Below are positions 1-7,819 of a stretch of 64,000 nt of DNA, piece by piece. Both the position numbers and the translations under genes were made by a program. The DNA comes from a virus. Its lineage: Duplodnaviria > Heunggongvirae > Uroviricota > Caudoviricetes. Each line of letters opens with the position of its first letter. Within the stretch, counting starts at the first letter, position 1. The notes beneath the pieces are model-generated. The model had not been told where the DNA came from, made no database searches, and saw only the letters and a list, made by a program, of their open reading frames with translations. The stretch covers positions 210,787 through 274,786 of IMG/VR virus record IMGVR_UViG_3300002834_000024. One strand, 5' to 3'.

Positions 1-219
1 TTGTATTTTCTTAATATCTTCTTTATCTGTAATATTTTTTAAAATATTCAAATAAATTTCAATAGCATCACTTTCTGATTTAATTGCGCCTTCAATGCTG
101 GCAGCAACTTCAAGATTTGGCATTGGATATAATTTACCATCTTGATAGTATTCATTTTCTTCTTTTAATCTTTTTAAAACATCTTTAACAATGTTTTCAA
201 TTACAAATTTATCTTTCAT
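1..219 (-). CDS. Partial ORF (runs off window), possible ferritin-like protein
   Basis: Manual translation MKDKFVIENIVKDVLKRLKEENE...AIKSESDAIEIYLNIL...; the AIxxExxAIxxY pattern resembles a ferritin-like helix. Confidence 0.45.
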   Translation of the reverse strand, partial: MKDKFVIENIVKDVLKRLKEENEYYQDGKLYPMPNLEVAASIEGAIKSESDAIEIYLNILKNITDKEDIKKIQ

Positions 220-1430
220 AGTTCATCTATATTAAAATATTTATTATCATCTGATAAAGATTTTCTTTTTTCATCTATTTCATTATCAAAATTTTCTTTA
301 TCTAAATTGTATTGTATTCCATCATATAAAGACATAAGTTCAATACTACCCTTTTTTGTATCAGCAAAAACATTAATTAATAAATCATTAAATTTTTCTA
401 CTGGTTTGGTAACTATTTCATAAAACAGATATGGAATTACATCAACCCTTAAATTTTTGGGTAATTGGTTTTCGATTTTATACCATAATGGTATTCCAAA
501 ACGTTCATCCCATTTGCTGGCAAGTCTAAAATCTGATTTTTTAATAATATATGTTGCTTTACTCTTATCTTCTGGTAATCCATTGAATGAAATTAAGTCC
601 AAGATAGCACGAATGGTTTCATATAATAATGATAGAAAATTAATCCCTTTTACATTAACAACAGACTTATCATAGGTTTTAACAATAACTTCTGATATGC
701 TGCCATTAGTTACTTCATTTTCATTTAAAATATTAGCATCTTCAAGATATAATATATATTCATTCAATGCAAGAATTTTTTTATATAGTGGTAATAACTC
801 ATCACTAATTTTAAAAATATCTTTTATATAATATTCATTAAGATTAATAATACGATTGGCTATTCCTTGCATAATACAATTTATCATTCGTCTTTTATAA
901 ATTTCATCATTTACACCACGAATGTCCTCAATTCCATTGAAAACAACATCTTCAACACTTTCTGGTTTTAATGGTGTCTTTAAATCAACATTTTGTATTT
1001 TATCAACCATTTCAATGGTCAAATCAACATCATTTTTGTCAATATCAAACATTTTTTTAATAATGTTCATAACAATAAATTCTAATTGATTTTTTAATGG
1101 ATTTTCTATTTCATAACACCTTTTTAATAATTCAGATAATGTTTTTTTTAATAATGTTTCATCATTTATATCAATATCAGGAAAATTCTTTATCAAGTTG
1201 TTTTTAATCCAAGAATAACTATTTAACAATAATCGAATAACAAATTTGTTTTCATCATCGGGTGGAAATGCAGGATGATTACCAAGTGATGTTTTATCAA
1301 GTTGAATAGCAGTAATAATGTGTTTTGGTAGAGTTGGTTCACCAGGACCATAGTCTTCCATCAATAATCTTTTATTTTCTTTAATCACATTCAATTGATT
1401 TTGTGTTATTTTTATTTTTTTTAGATTCAT
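216..1430 (-). CDS. Hypothetical protein, probably late/virion
   Basis: 404-aa ORF; N-terminal KIKITQNQL..IKE..LME pattern; TATTTATA (minus strand, 1452-1459) upstream. Confidence 0.6.
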   Translation of the reverse strand: MNLKKIKITQNQLNVIKENKRLLMEDYGPGEPTLPKHIITAIQLDKTSLGNHPAFPPDDENKFVIRLLLNSYSWIKNNLIKNFPDIDINDETLLKKTLSELLKRCYEIENPLKNQLEFIVMNIIKKMFDIDKNDVDLTIEMVDKIQNVDLKTPLKPESVEDVVFNGIEDIRGVNDEIYKRRMINCIMQGIANRIINLNEYYIKDIFKISDELLPLYKKILALNEYILYLEDANILNENEVTNGSISEVIVKTYDKSVVNVKGINFLSLLYETIRAILDLISFNGLPEDKSKATYIIKKSDFRLASKWDERFGIPLWYKIENQLPKNLRVDVIPYLFYEIVTKPVEKFNDLLINVFADTKKGSIELMSLYDGIQYNLDKENFDNEIDEKRKSLSDDNKYFNIDEL

Positions 1431-2520
1431 TATTTCGCTCTAATTCCATCTTATAAATAGTATCAAGTTTGTTTGTAATCACTTCATCATAAATCTCACA
1501 TAGTTTTAATGAAGTATCAACTGGTCCCATAAATGTTATATTATTGTATTTCTTTTTTTTACAAAAACCTTGAAGAAATTTGTACAATTCTATAATGATA
1601 TTAACATGTGGGGCATATATTAATTCAGTTTCGTTTGTACTGTATTTCAATATTAGGTAACAATCATATATAAATATATGTATAGGTCTGTCATCAAATA
1701 TTAGATTATCTAAAATGTACTTTACTTCTTTATCTCTATACTTGGCAAGTGTATTATCTGATCCAAACGATTTGAATAATTTTACAGTAGAAACACCAAC
1801 ATGATGAAATTTATCTTCAACATTCCATTTATGTTTATTAATGATAACCCAATTACTTTTAGAATCAACAATATTATCAATCAATTTTCCATAGTCATTT
1901 GGAAATTGTGATGGTTCAGTATCATCTTCCAGTTTTAATAACAACAATTCATCATTAGCTTTATGTAATTCTCGATTGAGATAAAAATATTTTCGTGGTA
2001 ATAGAATGTTTTTATTTTCATTTAATAAATTTTCAACACCATCAAATGCTTCTTCTTGGGTAATATATTTATCAAATGATTTTTTTTGAATGTATTTATC
2101 AGTAATTACAATTTGATATACAAATTTAGCCTTTTCATCTTTTTCTTGTGCAAGTTTAAGTTTTCTTCTTTCCAACCCTAATTGCATGAAGGCTTTTCCA
2201 GCACATTCTTGTGAACAGTATTGCCAATTATAATCTTTGCCCCTTAGTCTTGGTTTTTTCTTAAATTCACTTCCGCACCAATCACATATCCACCATATAG
2301 GTTTTTTAATTACATAGTTTTTTATATAACCAAGTTTTTTTCGGTATCCTTCTTTGCCTTTTGTTTTATACCATTCTTTATAGAATTTCTTTTTTTGAGC
2401 TGCTAAATGAGTAGCCCATTGAGCATCAGTATAATCTTTTTTTCTTTTTCTTGTTTTTATACCTTTTGCTTCACGTTCTTCAATAGCATTTTTTCTATAT
2501 TCTGGTATTTTTTTTGGCAT
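1381..2520 (-). CDS. Hypothetical basic protein with CxxC...CxxxC zinc finger
   Basis: CDWCG...YCSQEC motif, 379 aa. Confidence 0.6.
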   Translation of the reverse strand: MPKKIPEYRKNAIEEREAKGIKTRKRKKDYTDAQWATHLAAQKKKFYKEWYKTKGKEGYRKKLGYIKNYVIKKPIWWICDWCGSEFKKKPRLRGKDYNWQYCSQECAGKAFMQLGLERRKLKLAQEKDEKAKFVYQIVITDKYIQKKSFDKYITQEEAFDGVENLLNENKNILLPRKYFYLNRELHKANDELLLLKLEDDTEPSQFPNDYGKLIDNIVDSKSNWVIINKHKWNVEDKFHHVGVSTVKLFKSFGSDNTLAKYRDKEVKYILDNLIFDDRPIHIFIYDCYLILKYSTNETELIYAPHVNIIIELYKFLQGFCKKKKYNNITFMGPVDTSLKLCEIYDEVITNKLDTIYKMELERNNESKKNKNNTKSIECD

Positions 2521-2597
2521 TTTATTTGGTTTTATACTTTTTTTGGAATATTATTGCATTACTTTTAATATAATATAATTATCAAAATTTTAAATAC

Positions 2598-3041
2598 ATG
2601 GCAGCAAGTAAATTTTTTCCAATGAGTGAGGATATTGTAGATTTAATCCTTGATGTAATGAAAGATGATACACCCTATCTGGCGACATTAGGTCTTGATT
2701 TTACTTATCTTGGAGTTGCAAAACAACCATCAATAATTAAAGTATCAAAGATTGCACCAATAGCTGAATATCTTATTGAAAAGGAAACAATTGTAATAAC
2801 AATTTATGAACAAGCATTTGAAATGCTAACACCAGAATATAAGAAGATGGTTATAGCACATGCGTTAAATTCAATTGAATATGATTCAGATAAAGATAAA
2901 TTGAATATTCGTGGAAATGGTGGAACAGCCATTGATGAAGGGATATACAACAAATATAAAGAAACATCTGTACTGGCAGTATTTGCTGGCGAACATGCAA
3001 TCAGACAAATCGAAGAAGATAAGAAAAAAGATAAACAATAA
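2598..3041 (+). CDS. Hypothetical phage protein (possibly degenerate phage metallopeptidase-like)
   Basis: 147-aa ORF; FEMLTPEYKKMVIAHAL segment. Confidence 0.45.
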   Translation: MAASKFFPMSEDIVDLILDVMKDDTPYLATLGLDFTYLGVAKQPSIIKVSKIAPIAEYLIEKETIVITIYEQAFEMLTPEYKKMVIAHALNSIEYDSDKDKLNIRGNGGTAIDEGIYNKYKETSVLAVFAGEHAIRQIEEDKKKDKQ

Positions 3042-3364
3042 TGGACAAAATTGAAATTAGAGTTGGTATTGGTTTGGATAGTATAACTTTTGCTATATTA
3101 CCATCCAGAAGACAATATATAAATAATTGTTATCCAGATACAATTCAAGCAAACTATGTTACCATTAACTATGATATTAATAAGTGTGAAAATGTTGAAA
3201 ACTTTATTTTGAAGTATAAACATAATATTTCCACAATCTTATTTGGAATAGATAGTCAAATTGTTTTATCTGATGATAAAGTTAGAGAAATACAATTTGT
3301 GTATTCCAAAGACGAAAAAATATTATATACCTATACAATGTCAGATCATTGTAGAAAAATATAA
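3041..3364 (+). CDS. Hypothetical protein
   Basis: ORF coupled to upstream stop (TAATG). Confidence 0.55.
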   Translation: MDKIEIRVGIGLDSITFAILPSRRQYINNCYPDTIQANYVTINYDINKCENVENFILKYKHNISTILFGIDSQIVLSDDKVREIQFVYSKDEKILYTYTMSDHCRKI

Positions 3365-3368
3365 TATA

Positions 3369-3518
3369 TTATTTAGTTCTGATAATAGCACGTCTTGTAT
3401 TCACTCTTGGAGTAACCCCACCATAGTTACCATTAGGTTTAACCCCAATATTTCTTGGTGCTTGTTTTTGAACCTGTGTTTTAACAGCTGGTACAGCTCT
3501 TTTTGAACAATTGCACAT
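3369..3518 (-). CDS. Small basic protein MCNCSKRAVPAVKTQVQKQAPRNIGVKPNGNYGGVTPRVNTRRAIIRTK (49 aa, not in ORF track)
   Basis: Clean ATG-TAA ORF with TATTTATA on the minus strand at 3536-3543. Confidence 0.55.
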   Translation of the reverse strand: MCNCSKRAVPAVKTQVQKQAPRNIGVKPNGNYGGVTPRVNTRRAIIRTK

Positions 3519-3633
3519 AATATTAATTATTTTAATATAAATATGATTAAAACTTGGAATATTGAAATATTTATACTATATTTATAAATGAAATTACAGA
3601 GGTAATTCAAGAAAAAAGAAAATAACAAGGTAA

Positions 3634-4007
3634 AGGAAATTCACAGCAATTTTTTAAAAATTAACAATTATTCAATTCAAAGACCGTAGGGTTGATCTAT
3701 CGGGATCAACAAACAAAAACAAATTTCCTGTCTTTTTTAAAGGAAAACTAACAGCAATTTTTAAACATACAAATTTTAGGCGTGTATTAAAGAGTTTTCC
3801 GTTTTTTTTTTGAAAATTTAGAAATAATCAATATATTTATATTTGATTAAAAATTATATCGTGGGATGGAGAAGTGGTATCTCGTGGGGCCCATAACCCC
3901 AAGATCGCAGGATCGTAACCTGCTCCCGCAACAAACTTATAGGAAAACTAACAGCAATGTTTAAAAACCATCATTCTGAATCAATGACGACATTAAAATG
4001 TTTTCCG
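3634..4007 (+). repeat. Three ACAGCAA stem-loop units (3634-3730, 3741-3801, 3941-4007), candidate small RNAs
   Basis: Each has a GGAAA-containing 5' arm, then ACAGCAAT, an internal hairpin and the complementary TTTCC arm. Confidence 0.65.
3860..3931 (+). tRNA. tRNA-Met(CAT), initiator type
   Basis: C1:A72 mismatch, GGG/CCC anticodon stem, loop CCCATAA. Confidence 0.85.
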
Positions 4008-4056
4008 TTATTTTTTAAAAATTGAACTATTTATAATTCTAAAAGAAATTAAAAAA

Positions 4057-4191
4057 ATGTTTTTAGTAACAATGACATCTTATATTCAAAATTCTATCAA
4101 TTTACGTGGTGGAAATAAGAATAATAAACCCTTTGGTGATGATGAACAACCAAAAGGGCAAGACCTGTTATTGCAAAAATTTGAAACATAA
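4057..4191 (+). CDS. Leader peptide 1 of putative tRNA-array attenuator, MFLVTMTSYIQNSINLRGGNKNNKPFGDDEQPKGQDLLLQKFET (alternative start 4072)
   Basis: Core 4105-4164 has 19 of 20 codons for R,G,N,K,P,D,E,Q, the amino acids of the downstream array; overlaps antiterminator strand 4162-4173. Confidence 0.75.
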   Translation: MFLVTMTSYIQNSINLRGGNKNNKPFGDDEQPKGQDLLLQKFET

Positions 4192-4220
4192 ATGAAGATA
4201 TAAGTTTCCATAGTTTTTCA

Positions 4221-4279
4221 GAGAACTCTCAATAACAAGGTCAAGAATAGGGCAAGTTATTGGGAGTTTTCATTTTTTT
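4221..4279 (+). terminator. Intrinsic terminator of attenuator 1
   Basis: 16-bp stem GAGAACTCTCAATAAC/GTTATTGGGAGTTTTC followed by A and T7. Confidence 0.8.
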
Positions 4280-4322
4280 AACATCCAGTTCAAAAGAGTT
4301 TGAATAATTTGGATTACTTTTG
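4278..4322 (+). promoter_or_regulatory. TTAACATCCAG box plus TActTTTG -7 promoter upstream of tRNA array 1
   Basis: Box 4278-4288; -7 element starts at 4315. Confidence 0.75.
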
Positions 4323-4332
4323 TAAAAAATAT

Positions 4333-4407
4333 GGCGGTATCGTATAACGGTTAGTACGACTGACTTTCGCTCAGTAAATAGGGGTTCGATTCCCCTTACC
4401 GCTACCA
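4333..4407 (+). tRNA. tRNA-Glu(TTC)
   Basis: Cloverleaf, loop CTTTCGC, encoded CCA. Confidence 0.92.
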
Positions 4408-4431
4408 AGAAAGTTCTTTGAAATATAAAAT

Positions 4432-4503
4432 TCCCCTGTAGCTCCAATGTAGAGCGACAGACTGTTAATCTGTGGGTTCGTGGTTCAAGTCCACGCAGGG
4501 GAG
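4432..4503 (+). tRNA. tRNA-Asn(GTT)
   Basis: Cloverleaf, loop CTGTTAA. Confidence 0.92.
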
Positions 4504-4511
4504 CTAAAAAA

Positions 4512-4588
4512 CGAAAGGTAGAGGAGTCTGGTTCCCTCGTCATCTGATGTGCAGGTGGAGTACAATGGTTCAAATCCATTACTTTCGA
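4512..4588 (+). tRNA. Atypical tRNA-like gene (Pro-like body, non-canonical anticodon loop GATGTGC)
   Basis: Acceptor CGAAAG/CTTTCG plus A73; T arm AATGG-TTCAAAT-CCATT; D loop like the next tRNA-Pro. Confidence 0.6.
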
Positions 4589-4595
4589 CTAATAT

Positions 4596-4671
4596 CTAGA
4601 TGTATAGGAGTCTGGTTTATCTAGCTCGCCCTGGAAGCGAGATCACGTTGGTTCAAATCCAACCATCTAGA
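4596..4671 (+). tRNA. tRNA-Pro(TGG), variant loop CCTGGAA
   Basis: CTAGATG/CATCTAG acceptor, CTCGC/GCGAG anticodon stem. Confidence 0.8.
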
Positions 4672-4678
4672 CACAAAT

Positions 4679-4752
4679 GCAGGTGTCGTATAACGGTATT
4701 ATTATATCTGGCTTCCAACCAGAGGACGTGGGTTCGATTCCTATCACCTGCT
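4679..4752 (+). tRNA. tRNA-Gly(TCC)
   Basis: Cloverleaf, loop CTTCCAA. Confidence 0.92.
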
Positions 4753-4762
4753 CAACAAATAT

Positions 4763-4835
4763 GGGATTTGTGGTGTAATGGCTAGCATATAACACTGTCA
4801 CTGTTAAGGTTGGGGTTCGAGTCCCCCAGATCCCG
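4763..4835 (+). tRNA. tRNA-Asp(GTC)
   Basis: Cloverleaf, loop CTGTCAC. Confidence 0.9.
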
Positions 4836-4843
4836 CAAAAAAA

Positions 4844-4916
4844 CGAGTAGTCGCACAGTTGGTAGTGCGCTTGGTTTGGGACCAAGAGGTCGGGAGTTCG
4901 AGTCTCTCCTATTCGA
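4844..4916 (+). tRNA. tRNA-Pro(TGG)
   Basis: Cloverleaf, loop TTTGGGA. Confidence 0.92.
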
Positions 4917-4932
4917 CATAAAAATAGAAATT

Positions 4933-4998
4933 ATGAAGAAGATTTTTAAAATAAAACGAAAACATATGCAGTCCCCATAGTCACTATCGGCTATGGGG
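4933..4998 (+). promoter_or_regulatory. Mini-ORF MKKIFKIKRKHMQSP (4933-4980) overlapping a GC-rich hairpin (4973-4998)
   Basis: CCCCATAGTC/GGCTATGGGG stem; lies directly before the Lys, Arg and Gln tRNAs. Confidence 0.45.
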
Positions 4999-5013
4999 TC
5001 GCTATCAGGCTAT

Positions 5014-5084
5014 TTCCTCATAGTTCAATGGTAGAACTCTACACTTTTAATGTAGATATTCAGGTTCGATTCCTGATGGGGAAA
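5014..5084 (+). tRNA. tRNA-Lys(TTT)
   Basis: Cloverleaf, loop CTTTTAA. Confidence 0.9.
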
Positions 5085-5116
5085 CAAAAAAAAAATAGAT
5101 ATATGATAATTAATAT

Positions 5117-5188
5117 GGTTTCATAGTTCAACGGATAGAATATTTGACTACGGATCAAAAGATGAGGGTTCAAATCCTTCTGAAATCA
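5117..5188 (+). tRNA. tRNA-Arg(ACG)
   Basis: Cloverleaf, loop CTACGGA. Confidence 0.9.
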
Positions 5189-5199
5189 CAAGCATATAT

Positions 5200-5271
5200 T
5201 GTCCTATGGTGTAGTTGGAAACACACATCCCTTTGACGGATGTATCTTTTGTTCGAGGCAAAATGGGACAA
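5200..5271 (+). tRNA. tRNA-Gln(TTG)
   Basis: Cloverleaf, loop CTTTGAC. Confidence 0.85.
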
Positions 5272-5290
5272 CAAATTAAAATATAATGTT

Positions 5291-5593
5291 ATGGATAAAA
5301 TAATGATGTTTGATAAAGAACATGAAGTTCTTGTTAGTAATGATACTAATGGATTAGTATGTGAAACTGAAATGATGAATATGATTGGGAAATCAACAAT
5401 TCCAGTTTTTATGAATAGAAAGCAAAAATTAGAAGAACATGCAAGTTTGTTGTTAAATGATTTAGATGTTGAAATTATTCAATCACATCCAGTTGAACCA
5501 TCTAAAATTCATGTAAAAGTAAAATCATTTGAGGATTGGAAAGAATCTATAAAAGATATACCGCCAATTGGAGTAGTAACCATACCTAATTGA
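5291..5593 (+). CDS. Hypothetical protein (start moved downstream of tRNA-Gln)
   Basis: ORF-track 5240 start overlaps the tRNA; MDKIMMF start near 5291-5292. Confidence 0.5.
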   Translation: MDKIMMFDKEHEVLVSNDTNGLVCETEMMNMIGKSTIPVFMNRKQKLEEHASLLLNDLDVEIIQSHPVEPSKIHVKVKSFEDWKESIKDIPPIGVVTIPN

Positions 5594-5607
5594 TAATACC
5601 ATCTAAT

Positions 5608-5652
5608 TTAACATCCAGTAAAATTTATTTTTATATAAGTTTATTATTTTTG
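5608..5652 (+). promoter_or_regulatory. TTAACATCCAG box plus TAttTTTG promoter
   Basis: Box 5608-5618; -7 element at 5645. Confidence 0.75.
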
Positions 5653-5685
5653 TATCATTATTAACACAAATAATTTAAAAAAGTT

Positions 5686-6033
5686 ATGAGAATTGCATTT
5701 AGGCTTTGTGATAATACAAAACAGTTAAAAACAACTGATAAAAATGCACATGTTTTTGAAAGAGTAGATGATACATTCATAATTCCAAGAAAAGGTGATG
5801 TAGTTGTTTTTTTTGGTATAAAATATGAGGTAATTTCAGTAGAATTTACCTATAAAGAAATATCATTATTAAATATGTATCATGATGAAGCAAAGAAGAT
5901 TTATCCATTTATTGTGGGACAAGATGATAAAATAACAGATACGGTAACTGTTCATTTATTTGAATATAGTCCAAAAATAAAGAAAAAGGGGTTTATTCGC
6001 ACACTTCTTTCACATGGGTTTACTAATTTTTAA
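5686..6033 (+). CDS. Hypothetical protein
   Basis: 115 aa; IPRKGDVV motif resembles LPRKGDFI in 54677..55120. Confidence 0.55.
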   Translation: MRIAFRLCDNTKQLKTTDKNAHVFERVDDTFIIPRKGDVVVFFGIKYEVISVEFTYKEISLLNMYHDEAKKIYPFIVGQDDKITDTVTVHLFEYSPKIKKKGFIRTLLSHGFTNF

Positions 6034-6062
6034 AATTCATATTTATAAGAAAATATGTTTTT

Positions 6063-6302
6063 ATGGAAAAAATTGAAAATATTATAAAAGAAACTATAAC
6101 TGAATATGTTTTGCAACCAGAGGGGTTGGATCAAAAGATTAGAAATAAATTAACACCAATATATAATCTCATTGAAGTATTAAAAATGTATGATAAAGAT
6201 CCAGATCCAAAAATATGGGCGTTTATTATGAAAGAAAACAGTATGGTTGAAAAATCTATTCAAGAGATATTGGAATTAACAAAAGATTATCAACACACTT
6301 AA
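6063..6302 (+). CDS. Hypothetical protein
   Basis: ORF after TATTTATA 6040-6047. Confidence 0.5.
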   Translation: MEKIENIIKETITEYVLQPEGLDQKIRNKLTPIYNLIEVLKMYDKDPDPKIWAFIMKENSMVEKSIQEILELTKDYQHT

Positions 6303-6316
6303 AATCATATAATGTT

Positions 6317-6529
6317 ATGACAGAAAAACAGAAACAAAAAATTTGGAATTTCAAGGATACCAATCTTCAACAATGGCAACATGAAAGAACTATTGTTGAA
6401 AATGAATTATCTAATAATCAATCCATGTTTTGTGTTTGTGGTAAATTAGCCACAGGATTTCATGAAATGAATTGTAGAAAATTCAATGATAAAGTGGATA
6501 TAGAAACTCTTAAAAGATTAAAATTATAA
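6317..6529 (+). CDS. Small Cys/His (zinc-binding-like) protein
   Basis: CVCG...HEMNC. Confidence 0.5.
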   Translation: MTEKQKQKIWNFKDTNLQQWQHERTIVENELSNNQSMFCVCGKLATGFHEMNCRKFNDKVDIETLKRLKL

Positions 6530-6531
6530 AA

Positions 6532-6576
6532 TTAACATCCAGAACACTTTTTATTAATATGTTATGTTTATCTTTG
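6532..6576 (+). promoter_or_regulatory. TTAACATCCAG box plus TAtcTTTG promoter
   Basis: Box 6532-6542; -7 element at 6569. Confidence 0.75.
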
Positions 6577-6629
6577 AGTAATTTTTAGAGATAAAAGGAT
6601 ATTTATTTAGTAGAAAAGATAAAAATAAT

Positions 6630-7361
6630 ATGATTATGAACAAAGATAAAAAAGACTTGATAGTTGAGAGTTATAAGAACAAATTTTCCTTTTTACTTGG
6701 ATATGATCCAGAAATTGGGGGCGAATTGATAGAAGCAAACCACCATAATTTTATGTCAGAAATTATGGGACAAGATTCATTCAATAAACAACCAATGCAA
6801 AGATTAGATGAAATAACAACTGACAGATTGTTAGGAAAACATTATGAAAATGGATTTGTTATTCTGTCAGCATCAAGGAGTGAATTATCCGATGCAGAAA
6901 ATGTAACACGAAATCAAAAACTTTTAAATATTTTACAAAGTAGTAGTAATGTTTTTTCATTTTTACCAGTCTATGGTGGATATATCGAAAATAAGGGTAC
7001 AGAAAACGAACAACGTGTTTTTGAAAGAAGTTTTGTAATCTTGAATTTTGATAAAAATGGTAATGTTGGAGATTTTGATGATTTAATGAGTTTTTCACAA
7101 GAACTTTCTAATCGTTTTCATCAAGAAACATATCTTATCAAAAAACCAGGTAATGCACCACCATATTATATTCGTACAAAAAGTGGCAAGGTAGATTGGG
7201 AATTTACTGGTGAAATCAAAATAGATGATTTAACACAAAAATATTTTACCCGATTAAGACAACTTGGAAAACAATTTACATTTGAAGGTGTTTATATTAA
7301 TCCAAAACCAATGTGTTATAGTGAAAGACATTGTAGATATTTGAAAAATGAAATATTTTAA
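6630..7361 (+). CDS. Hypothetical phage protein (DUF3293-like)
   Basis: GFVILSASR...EN..RN..L...PVYGGY.E...ERSF pattern. Confidence 0.5.
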   Translation: MIMNKDKKDLIVESYKNKFSFLLGYDPEIGGELIEANHHNFMSEIMGQDSFNKQPMQRLDEITTDRLLGKHYENGFVILSASRSELSDAENVTRNQKLLNILQSSSNVFSFLPVYGGYIENKGTENEQRVFERSFVILNFDKNGNVGDFDDLMSFSQELSNRFHQETYLIKKPGNAPPYYIRTKSGKVDWEFTGEIKIDDLTQKYFTRLRQLGKQFTFEGVYINPKPMCYSERHCRYLKNEIF

Positions 7362-7403
7362 CATCCAGAAGATTGTTTTTTAAAAAAATTGTTTGTACTT
7401 TTG
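7358..7403 (+). promoter_or_regulatory. TTAACATCCAG box plus TActTTTG promoter driving a non-coding region
   Basis: Box 7358-7368; -7 element at 7396. Confidence 0.75.
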
Positions 7404-7428
7404 TATCACATATAGAGTAATCTATATT

Positions 7429-7627
7429 GTTTAAATTTAGTTATGAGGATGTGGACTGAATTGTGTGATGTATGTCATTGCAAAATGCACAATTCAAGGG
7501 ATACAGCAAGACAGCTAACAAGGTGAATTAACATCAAAGGGTGAAAATCTCACAAACATAAGGTTGAAAGCCCGTAAAAGAATTTGATGCGTGTTGATTG
7601 TGTAGTAATTATTTTAAACTTTTTTTT
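7429..7627 (+). ncRNA. Candidate structured ncRNA, about 190 nt
   Basis: Own promoter, terminal stem GTTTAAA/TTTAAAC plus T8, internal helices GAATTGTG/CACAATTC and CATCAAA/TTTGATG, GAAA-capped hairpins, no long ORF. Confidence 0.55.
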
Positions 7628-7677
7628 AAAAATTGAATTTATTGACTATTTATAATAAAATTAAAAATTTTTTAACA

Positions 7678-7788
7678 ATGAAACGATTTAGTTTACATAT
7701 TAGTATTACCTTATCAGCAATGGCGTATTGCTGGTTGGTGTCTTATTGTACACTTTTTACACATTTTGGTGGAATTGTTTCAAGTTAA
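7678..7788 (+). CDS. Leader peptide 2 of putative tRNA-array attenuator, MKRFSLHISITLSAMAYCWLVSYCTLFTHFGGIVSS
   Basis: 27 consecutive codons (7687-7767) only for F,S,L,H,I,T,A,M,Y,C,W,V, the amino acids of array 2; last codons form the antiterminator strand. Confidence 0.8.
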   Translation: MKRFSLHISITLSAMAYCWLVSYCTLFTHFGGIVSS

Positions 7789-7819
7789 TATTATATGAAA
7801 TAAAGATAGGAAAGATTAT

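Noticed and set aside
3634-4007. CRISPR array interpretation of the ACAGCAA repeats or of the TTAACATCCAG copies
   Set aside because: No regular repeat-spacer periodicity, repeats too short or dispersed, and no cas operon in the window
4057-4280. T-box riboswitch as the control element of the tRNA arrays
   Set aside because: No T-box UGGNACC antiterminator bulge consensus in either leader; the ORF-plus-alternative-helix layout fits translational attenuation better
4241-4885. ORF-track ORFs 4241..4579(-), 4600..4785(+), 4667..4885(-)
   Set aside because: They overlap tRNA genes and are shadow ORFs of GC-richer tRNA sequence
7429-7627. tmRNA or RNase P identity for the candidate ncRNA
   Set aside because: No tRNA-Ala-like ends or tag ORF, and no GAGGAAAGUCC P4 signature
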